DNA from: Nemertoderma westbladi
Taxonomy: Eukaryota > Animalia > Xenacoelomorpha
NCBI GenBank assembly: GCA_032718475.1
Contig: JAUCBJ010006713.1
Span: 1 to 64,000 of the forward strand
Direction of reading: 5' to 3'
Length of the DNA stretch: 64,000 nucleotides
Positions 35,201 through 42,733 of this stretch are shown piece by piece. The stretch's first letter is position 1. The number at the start of each line of letters is the position of its first letter. Below the pieces are notes generated by a model that saw only the letters and a program-made list of their open reading frames with translations, made no database searches and was not told where the DNA came from. The position numbers and the translations under genes are program-made.

Positions 35201-38041
35201 TAATAACCCTCCGGCCTCTTCGCGCTGGTACTCGATGCGTCGCCATTCTCGTCGTAGTCGATGATGAAGTCGACCGATTATTCGAATGAGAACCGTCGGT
35301 GCGTTAGCGTACTCGAGTTGTCCAATGGACCGTAAAGTCCCTATAGCGTTCTTTATTTCGTCCGCGAGTCGTAAAAGGTCAATCGGTCTCGAAATGTTGC
35401 CTCCTCTGCAGAGGTCTTCAATGATGGATTTAGCCATGGCGACGTTACCGCCGTAAATCGAATACAAACGGTCGTACGCCAACTCGAAGGCATCGGGAAC
35501 ACCAATAAAGGTTTCCGCTAATCGTTTCGGCTCACCAGACAGGACTTGGAGCAAGTAATTAAACTTCTCCGTCGAGGTGAAAGCACACTTAGCGATCTGG
35601 GACTCTACGTAGTCTACCAGTGTGCGCCAGTGTTTCGCGTTGCCAGAGAACTTCGGCGGTTGCTGTGCCGGTAATCCGTGTCTAGCCGCGAATTTCGCAA
35701 TCTCGCTAACCAAATCCAACTGTCCGCGTCCCTGTTCGGCGGCGTCGTCCAGTCGTTCCCTTCCACGCGTTGTTCGTCGGTAGGAATTATTAACGGGATC
35801 TTCTTCTCGATGTGTTGGAGTCCGTCTAGTCTCCTGTTCTCTCCTCGGTGGTCGATGTTGTCTAGGTTGTTCCAACTCCACGCTGGTTCGTGATCGATCC
35901 GACGGTTGCGCTTCGAGTCGTTCTTCGAGTTGAGCTATTCTGTCCGTCATCTCGGTGAACTGTTTAGCGCTGATCGTTTCTGCTGGTTTCAACGTGGGTT
36001 TCTGTTGGGGTGTCTCTCGAGGTGGATTGTCGATGTATGGATTCGTCGACTTCTCCTCTCGTTTGTAATCCGCTGCCGCTCCAGTACGGAATATTTCCCG
36101 TTCCGTCGACTCCGAGTCGCTAGATGAGTCGCTGTCGTCCGGATAAGGTGGTTGGCGGGTTCGCGTCCGGCGTATTATTCTTGGTCGAGTTCGTTGTGGT
36201 CTGGGATCTACGGCTCTCCGTTGTTCGGTAGGCTCGCAAGCCTTCCACGAAGTCGTAGGTCTCGTTAAACATTGGGTGAGAGGTCTAGTAAAAACATCGG
36301 AGTTAAGCTCTACTGTAGGTTTATAAATGACTGGGTTCGCGCAGCACGTCACAGGTTTAACTTGTAATGGTTTACTCACCTGTTTAATGGTCATAAACGC
36401 AGGTTCCTCTCTTCCTACAAGTAGACTACGACTTACTGTAGGTGGACTAGTTATGTTACCTGCTAAAATTGGCGATGAAGTCGCCCTAGGTTGCGGTATT
36501 TCCGTCACAACAAACCTGTTGCCTTGCGTCGAACGCACAGGCGTTATTTCCTTAGGTTTCGTAACAAAGACCGGTTTTATCGGAGTCGTGGGTTTGAGCA
36601 TAGGAATAACTTGGGGAAAACGTTTACAGTAATCCTCGACGAACTCCTCTCCTCGATCTATCGCTCCCACGCTTCCTTCCTCGATCCGCTTCTGTATTCC
36701 GCGATATCGAGCTTCCATACGATCCAGGGCAGACAAGTCGTGTCCAGTTCGCGATCTCATAGATCTATCTCTCGCGTCGAGTTCGAGGTCCGCTTGCGCG
36801 TTCGCTGTCTCTCGCGATCTACGATTCAATTCGAACTGTAGTTGCATCTCCCTTTCGCGTCGATCTGCATCCTGTTGTTGTGCCGCTAACTCCGCTTCCT
36901 GTATAGCTAATCGAGCGTTTATTTGCCGCGCCTCCAACTTGGCCCGAGCGTCGGATGCTGCCTTTTTCCGTGCTAACTCGTCAGCTGCCGCCTGTCGTGC
37001 TAACTCGTCGGCTGCCGCTTCTCGCGCTAAGTCCTCCTCCAGTCTCCGCATCTCTGATGCTTCGAACTCAGCCTGCGCTTGAAGTTTCGCAAGTTTCGCT
37101 ACGTCTTCTCTACGCTGTCTTTCTCCTTCCATCGCAATCTGCGCCAATTGTCGTTGAGTTTCTTCCTCGGCGACTTGTTGTCGGCGTGCAACCTCCTGTT
37201 GTTGTTGAGTAATTCCAGACGCTGTTCTACTAACGTCGCCAACGTTGCCAACGTCGCTCCGTACGCTAACGAACGATCTATCCAGTGGTGGATGTTGGTA
37301 GGCTCGCGAGCCTTCCGTAGTGAGAACTTCCGTCGTCCCTCGCGGTTCGACTTCCGGTTCGTCGATCGGTACGCCGCATCTACGAAGAAAATTGGTCAGC
37401 GTTTCCAACCTTCCGTCCAGGCAGTAGAGTTCTTCTTCCTCTTCGGGTTGTAACAACGCGTCCGAAACTGACTCACCTAGCAGTTGGTCGAACTGCTCCT
37501 GTTGAGCCAATCTTATCACCGACTTAAACTGGATAAGGCTTTCTCTCGCACTTACCAATTTATCTACTATCTTTACCTGAGTAAAGTTGTCACCACGCAA
37601 CTCTGCAAGTTCGTACAAACCTTTTAGTTTATCTACGGAGGCATGTACCCTACTTTCTATTCTTACCTGTAAGGTGTAGAACTCGTATCTCGACATCGGG
37701 GCGGTTAACTCGCGTAAAACGCGAAAACCTTCTCCGAGGTTCCGAGTAATCTGGGCCATGTGTCCTCCTATACTTCTAATAACGTTCTGCTGGCTTCCAG
37801 TCGAACTTACCATGTCCGGTTCCCGTGATCTAGTCTGCGGGACGGTAAGGAAATCTTCGATTCTGCCGTCGCCACGCGTTGCGGCTTCCGGTATTTCCGT
37901 TCGGGGTACCGGCGACGCAAGCGGTGTGACATCGGTGGAATCTCGGGTTCTCCTTCTCGGTTCGTCTACTGTCGATCTGTCCGGGTCGCACGAGTCATAG
38001 TCGGTAGGTGGGTATCTCGTCGAATGGGGTGTGTCACTCAT
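29273..38041 (-). CDS. BEL/Pao Gag-PR-RT-RH-IN polyprotein (2922 aa)
   Basis: Gag LPAQQPPKFSG; knuckles CSYC..H..C, CWRCMKPGHVRKDC, CSLYGRNHDALLH; PR LDSAS; RT YLPHH, YVDD; RH FSDAS, WTDA, NPADIASRG; IN HHCC, GIDCFGP, CDQGTNF, GVWERLI. Confidence 0.97.
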   Translation of the reverse strand: MSDTPHSTRYPPTDYDSCDPDRSTVDEPRRRTRDSTDVTPLASPVPRTEIPEAATRGDGRIEDFLTVPQTRSREPDMVSSTGSQQNVIRSIGGHMAQITRNLGEGFRVLRELTAPMSRYEFYTLQVRIESRVHASVDKLKGLYELAELRGDNFTQVKIVDKLVSARESLIQFKSVIRLAQQEQFDQLLGESVSDALLQPEEEEELYCLDGRLETLTNFLRRCGVPIDEPEVEPRGTTEVLTTEGSRAYQHPPLDRSFVSVRSDVGNVGDVSRTASGITQQQQEVARRQQVAEEETQRQLAQIAMEGERQRREDVAKLAKLQAQAEFEASEMRRLEEDLAREAAADELARQAAADELARKKAASDARAKLEARQINARLAIQEAELAAQQQDADRREREMQLQFELNRRSRETANAQADLELDARDRSMRSRTGHDLSALDRMEARYRGIQKRIEEGSVGAIDRGEEFVEDYCKRFPQVIPMLKPTTPIKPVFVTKPKEITPVRSTQGNRFVVTEIPQPRATSSPILAGNITSPPTVSRSLLVGREEPAFMTIKQVSKPLQVKPVTCCANPVIYKPTVELNSDVFTRPLTQCLTRPTTSWKACEPTEQRRAVDPRPQRTRPRIIRRTRTRQPPYPDDSDSSSDSESTEREIFRTGAAADYKREEKSTNPYIDNPPRETPQQKPTLKPAETISAKQFTEMTDRIAQLEERLEAQPSDRSRTSVELEQPRQHRPPRREQETRRTPTHREEDPVNNSYRRTTRGRERLDDAAEQGRGQLDLVSEIAKFAARHGLPAQQPPKFSGNAKHWRTLVDYVESQIAKCAFTSTEKFNYLLQVLSGEPKRLAETFIGVPDAFELAYDRLYSIYGGNVAMAKSIIEDLCRGGNISRPIDLLRLADEIKNAIGTLRSIGQLEYANAPTVLIRIIGRLHHRLRREWRRIEYQREEAGGLLKLTDVYQLISREAVIETRSNYTDHHIAAEGITVSAPNRTKPFPTNAKAVTYATPTETSKVLTPIGTTQPRQQLPADFVGCSYCERNGRNQSGHKLRGCRAFKELGIEERRLQIRSLDSCWRCMKPGHVRKDCPSDDTCSLYGRNHDALLHTTSHTPTRRFRREHPDKAARCDALYKECAPREIRTFYTDCMDQSGSSDEDEEKDDTFYVHAGEEQPSITLLTQNQLKGFSVIPIKITGTRGSKRIYAILDSASSHSYVDEQVADVVTDLSQGKTAQYTVSSMHGKRAIPVTRVKLTLDTLLSKAEHSKEERSLLPVRNLTFAATKDFSNLLGPVPEQSPEDRKYFRHLGIPECPVNYRSIAMLIGTDQFNLHQVWETRPSVITAGNPYACRTPIGWYTRAPIRSLEVSDQEDDVLSTCSLLTNTIDNSPSHSRGPIVRTALRQTCVTNADATDTDVTDLDTTIRTSDLQLLAVDQVVLTTEDLRVVAVDDSMNEDFGRLASLPKNPKVIDPTHQASTPVVDLGRLASLPTDQKVVKPPHDNSTPTSDTGRLASLPDTLTLATAADEDVDEDHGAVQAALDRLLTERTIQWLEQDSAEPGSYETAMSEQEKRSLNIMRDTIRQTANGHYEVGMLWRNGQPKLVNNYPLALRRLKSIRQRLLRDETAHMQYNAQLQTYLQKGYAIRMLNPEVTTDQTYYLPHHFVRHPDKPGKVRVVNDCAALYQGMSMNSELMDGPNMNNYLMGVLMRFRQRKVAFTCDVEAMFHQVKALERDRDSLRFLWYPDGNLQLPPETYQIQVRVFGARDSPNCTMYALKQTALDRRDQFDPEVVRTVERDFYVDDGLKSCDTLERATTVAHQLQDCLAEGGFHLTKFASNEPELVNSFDPMDRSGGDLDLDLEPLPTTKVLGLSWDPNTDNFRVRVRSNDRTRPLTKRTCLSTMSRLYDPLCFISPVILHARIILRSIWQAGLEWDDPIPEKLAERWRDWEAQLTFLQDYTIPRVYFPLQTTFPADLELHSFSDASKDGLGVTLYLRRQVTSDSYDVSLVTSRARTMPLKYMTVPRGELQAGTISTNIVSLVQRELEANLKVTYWTDATLVLWYINNETFEFKTFVANRRAEILDRSLKQDWRHCPGKLNPADIASRGMQPLDFCKPDNKSFWFRGPDFLQRPSDEWPPLFDATTNTIPEGAEIKLDKVVKSKAKANAKVKRKKGRTKSDDLDARPDITPDVSPDTRPDACMNPSPDVPREISPDVSPDCSPDYSPDYSPEETPDCSPDCSPDCLMELSTECLPDVSPDCSPDISTDCPPDFEPDFLTEVTLDRLWDQRQDISPDVPRYVSPDVSPDCSPDASPDCLLDTPLEDPLERTFRDVPNLTSLDDRGVATGITLRSKKVLDLPTGKVVTKVRKLTSSQEHTDTVELKPLLPVDILGADGKGKTVEIDVLGDSDKPTGRPVGLPSPDKYPHYDYTLPDDVTNTYVDRIVNLTRSWTDACRKLAWLKRLRQYARGKRDFPRRLTLKEIDHCEVDIIRHYQLRYFAREFTAIKQGKQIKSSPILSWSPIIYRGLLCHKSRLQNIDFALDFRYPIIIPQHHELQRAMILDAHVQLKHVGRHHCLSHLRSRFVLIRPSKALSSVTRNCIICKKVHARIGHQEMSELPLARLQAFRPPFTETGIDCFGPIIAKRGRVQVKRWGLIFTCMASRAVHIERVTDLTTNAFILALRRFIARRGLVKSIYCDQGTNFVGARNEITRALRKLDQNQISEELRPHRIVWFFNTPDSPWRGGVWERLIGSIKTAMAKVVPTQHILTDDQLTTLLIEIEAILNTRPIALIPDNNDVQFALTPAHLLMQAPTTLLPISVPVDSDGYGNKAWKITQLLANKFWEIWQKYYLPSISTRTSWYLNTRCLRRGDHVLLAEANLKRRFWLTGVILTTHPTSGVVRTVTVRTIDGRTVDRPVQRLVLLEETRNETGDYKSPPNISK

Positions 38042-40748
38042 GTCTTATTATATACGTCAAGTACGGGTAATAAAATGTCAAGTGTCTGAATGTTGAGGTG
38101 TCAAACTTACCTTGGTATATATAGCTATATACCCTAACCGGTACAAATAAATCAACAAGTCAGAATGTCGAAATGTCAAAATGTCGAAATGTACAAATGT
38201 CAAACTTACCTTGATATATATATATATCATATATATACCCTAACCGGTACAAATAAACTAACAAAGTATATAATAAAATAAGTAGTAATCTAGCCTACCG
38301 GCTAAATTTGTACGAATAAGTGAGATAACGGTATACATTAACAAAATGTAGATCAACAAGTATAAACAATAGGCCAAACAGCAACGTCTAACGGGAAAAT
38401 ATGTACCAACAACACTACTAATAGACAGTGAAACCCACAAATTTTGAGTACTACTGTGCTTTCTTAAGTTTGAACGACGCGAGTCGTAAAACTTACGTTC
38501 CTTTGATCTTCCAGTCGTACAAATTCCCAAATACAAACCGGACGTGGGTCTTTCCGTTTTTCGGCGGCGCGGACGAATTTATTGTCTCCCAAACTTTGCG
38601 AAAAGCGGTCTAATCCTCGAAGCGGTCCAGAAATGAGTCCTTGAGTCCTGAAAAGGTCGAAGGTGAGAGTTTTACTTCTACGCTTACGAAAAATCTTCCT
38701 AGGTACCGTTACAAATTGGTCTTTAAACCCTATGTACCTTTTCAAGTACCGAAAAGTAACACCGCACACACACGGCGTAAAACAAAGTGCTACAAACTAA
38801 CTGTTAGCTAGTCAAATATTAAATACGAAAGTACTAGCTACCCTAAAAGCCTACTGAAGCAGGGGACGTTCTAAATTACTAAATTTACTAACCTTAAATT
38901 TTAAATATCTCCTACTTTCAATAGCTAGCAATTCTAAACTATACTATACGCTACGGCGGAAATACTATATACTAATTTATATAAAATACTTCCTACTGTA
39001 AGGGTCCAGTAGTATACCGCTTACCAGATCCTAGTAACGATGTATCTTACTATGAGACTCTAGTAATGTATACGGGCTTGTACAGTATCTGACAACAAAT
39101 CCCAGTCCAGGATATCCAAACAAACAGATATAGTACACAAACGACTACTGGCGAGGAACAGAGCCTTGTATCTATTCTATGTACGTGAGCGGGTCTAATG
39201 CCTACGTACTAGACAGAAGGATACCTGTCCTCTAACCGGTGAGGCAGATGTACAGTTACAGTAACAGACCAAACTCACGGGAAAACAATCCCCGCGCAGC
39301 GAATCCTAACTATCACTGACAGTCCTAAATACAGTAACTTGCCGCGGTGTGATTTATATGGGTTATATACGAACTAGGTGGTTAACAGACCTAGTGTAAC
39401 AATGCTGATCATCCCTGTCGAAATCAGCCTAAAGGTCGTGCCTAAATGTAACAATAACTGATCCCCCTGTACGAAATCAGTCTAAAAGGTCAGGCCTAAA
39501 TGTAACAATACCGTTGTCCAGACAAACAACAGTTTAATAACGAAAGTGAAATACTCCTTATCTTGCCGCAACTAAATCAGATCCTAATTTTACAAATACA
39601 GACAATTTCCACCTAAAGTAATGTATAGTACGCTATAGCTAGTAGAACTTTAAGGGCAATATGTTTTAGGGCGTGTGTGTGTGGGTGTGTTACAAATAAA
39701 ACAATTTTGTGTAATTCCTTTTACTAGGTTTTAGTGATTTTCTGACTAAATGATACCGTGCGCTAGCTACTAAAATAAACTAGTCGCGTTTGTAGAACTT
39801 TATACTCACGAATGACGTCAAAGCTCTCTCCTTCCTATCCACAACCCAATGGGCAACCACAGTGTTAGTAACTACACCCGTGATCGGCACTAATACCAGA
39901 TTCTGGTTGTAAGATAAGAATAGGGGTTAATCGCTACCGTACGTTAGCTGATCTGGTATACTAATTTAATTCTAGAACTTTGTTGCTGCGGTAGTTAGCA
40001 GCAATACCTATCAGTACGTGGCAAGGCGCGGTAGGATATTAGTAAACCTCCCTAGGCCAAGCAGTGTGCCGGTAGCAGAAATGCTCCTTGCCTGATCAAA
40101 TAGCTAACTCCAGACAGGGGGGGGGGGGGGGGGTACTAATGTACGTTCTACAAAGCGAACCGGTACCAAACAGTCAGTGCTATGAATCACTAAATTATGG
40201 AACGTATGCTGTCCGTACCTAATATGTACTCGCGTACTGACGAATGGCAATAGTTCGCACCTGTAGGAAGTACAGGTTAACCCAGGGATTCGTAGGACTT
40301 GACAAAGGGGGGGGGGGGTGTCTGGATATAATTATTTGATCCTAAATTTGCGGCGTCCAGTGCGGTGTCACGCTTACCCTGATCTATAGGTCTTACGGCG
40401 GGCAAGGGCGTCGAACAAAGTCGTACCTTCTCACAAAGCGGGCGCTGCATAGCAAGTGGAGTATTTCGAAGGGGCAAAGGGGGTGCGCGGTCGATCCAAT
40501 GTGGGCGCTAGCGTGTTCTGGACATCCCTTCCCTGCGTTGCTTACGGCCTAACGATCTAGGCTGCCATCTCCCTGATGTTCGGCTGTCCCGAAGTTGGAC
40601 CAAAAGAAAACATGTCAGGAATTTGCAGTATATTTACAGTTTTACAAAAGGGTTTATCAAATAAAGTTTCAACAAGAAACCGAAATAAACTAATAACAAT
40701 TTAGGGCGATAACGAATAGTGTGCGTGATAACCGAAGGCAAACCGGCC

Positions 40749-41000
40749 TTTTATACTAGAAATTGCACATGGAAACTAAACAGAATTTTCCACAGCTTCA
40801 CAATTGAGCAATGAAGTGCTTCGTGCCCTATGATTGGCCCAGCTCATCGTTCAACGCAGTCCGGCCCTTACACTAATCTGGGACATGGAATCCTAACAGA
40901 ATTTTCCACTGCCTCACATTTGAGCAATAAGATAATTTATGCCCTATGATTGGCCTGGCTCATCATTCGCTACGCTGTACGCTTCTCATTGGCCTACCAA
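40749..41000 (-). promoter_or_regulatory. LTR Pol II promoter: TATAAAA (40755-40749) preceded by duplicated CCAAT modules
   Basis: Two ~70-bp modules (AACAGAATTTTCCAC...CCTATGATTGGCC) ~116 bp apart plus a further CCAAT; the same arrangement is in the 3' LTR. Confidence 0.6.
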
Positions 41001-41040
41001 TTAGCACCACACGAAAATAAATGGCCCCAAAATACAAATT

Positions 41041-41117
41041 TCCCGACTGGGATTCGAACTCGTAACCTATGTAATGTAACCAACGCCTTAACCATCTGAC
41101 CACTACGCCACGAGAGT
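41041..41117 (-). ncRNA. tRNA-derived Pol III cassette inside 5' LTR
   Basis: Same A box/B box as 27265-27342. Confidence 0.55.
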
Positions 41118-42733
41118 ACCTAAAGGTTTTATGTGTACAAATATGAATAGGCATATTACATTACTGTAACTCAATCAAAATACGTCGGATTTACGAAAGT
41201 TTTTACGTTAAAGTTAAACTACAAATGCTACCTTATAGTGAAATAATTCATCACTACTACTTAGTGCTATGTACTATCTACTACTATTACTTTCTACTAT
41301 CTTACTACTTATTTATTATTTGCTTGTTATTTATTTATATTTTTTATTTTATGTGTGGGAAGGGCGTCTCGCCCTCATTCCCACCCCCCCCAGTCCAACA
41401 TATTACATATTGGATGACTCAATAACCTAAGGGTGATTCTTCCAGCAGGCAATTATCCCACTGCCCCACTATAGGTCCTCCTAATCTTCGCCCCACTCTT
41501 CTTCTCAATTCCAACTCTTTTGGAATTGACCTTCCCTTCTCCTTCACCCTTAAGTCGGGTCTTTCAGTCATGTTACTAATCTCCTCGTTGTCGTCCCCTG
41601 GCGGAAAAATGCCACCCTTCATCTTGTCGTCATTTGGCGGTAGAATGCCGCCCCTCATGTCATCCTTGCTGGTACATGCCACCTCTGCTGGCCTCCCTTA
41701 ATATGTGCGCGCTGGCATTAAAGCCCCCGATGACCCCCGGTCATCCTTCGGTACACGTAATGGGCAATGGCTTATCATTTAATGCCCCTTCGCACTCTGC
41801 CACCCCCTTATGCGTGTACAACATGCCCTCTCCCACTTTCCTGCCTCCTTTGTCACGTTTCATCATGGGCTTCTCTGCCCCTGGTCTAATCTTCCCACAT
41901 CCTCTCCCTTTCCACCTTGTCTTCTTACTCGACCTCCTCCTCATCGGTATGCCTCTCAACTGGACCGGTGCTTGTTCCGGACATCTCTCTGGACACCTCG
42001 CCGTCCACTCTTCGCCATCCCCATACCGATACTCCCCATTCTCCTCTGCCCTCGGCATCGTCTCCCCAAACACTACCCTTGGTGCCGTTCCTGGCTGCTC
42101 GCCCAGCCTGATCGTGCCTCCCGCGAAATCCATCGCCGGCTCCTCGTGCACCCAGGCCCGCTTGCCGGGTTTATCCCAGAATGCGCTCGCCCCGCTGGCC
42201 GTCACCACTCTCCCGCCCACCCAGTCCGTATCTGAGTGGCCGATCCTCTCAATGGGTGGCATCTCCCCGAACTCATCGTCATCCTCCTCCCTCGCTAGGA
42301 GTGGATCCTGACCCGGTAGCCCGGTAGATCCACTGTGCCCCTCTCCGCCTCGGTTTCCACCCGTAACCTTCCACCCCTCCTGCTCCCTTGGTGTCTTCCT
42401 TGCAAAGTCGCCCTCAGAGCCACCTGGTATGGGCATCATTTGCAATCCCGATGTCGACTGTTTCGGTGATCCCTCCGTCCATCCCAGTTCCTCCCCCAGA
42501 AACTCGCCCGAGCTCCCTGATCCCCACCTTAGCTCATCCAAGTCCTGGGCTTCGAACCCATACTCCTTGTTTTCTTCCTCGGCCTGCTTCTCGTATGGGT
42601 CCTCCCCATCGCCTGTTTCTGGTTTCTCCTCTGCTCCCTCGTCCTCCACTTCTCTCATTGTACCTGCGAACATGCACCCTGAGGATTCCGACACGTTGAA
42701 CGGAATTCTAGACTTGATTGGGCCGCTGAGTGT

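Larger units (their letters stand above)
25215..41253 (-). mobile_element. Full-length, young BEL/Pao LTR retrotransposon (BEL-2), 16 kb
   Basis: Two ~2.26-kb LTRs with TG...CA ends and about 10 substitutions by eye plus poly-G length differences; 5-bp TSD CTACT (25210-25214, 41254-41258); uninterrupted 2922-aa ORF. Confidence 0.97.
38997..41253 (-). repeat. BEL-2 5' LTR
   Basis: Direct repeat of 25215-27478. Confidence 0.95.

Noticed and set aside
29246-38000. Numerous plus-strand ORFs within BEL-2
   Set aside because: Antisense shadows of the long polyprotein ORF.
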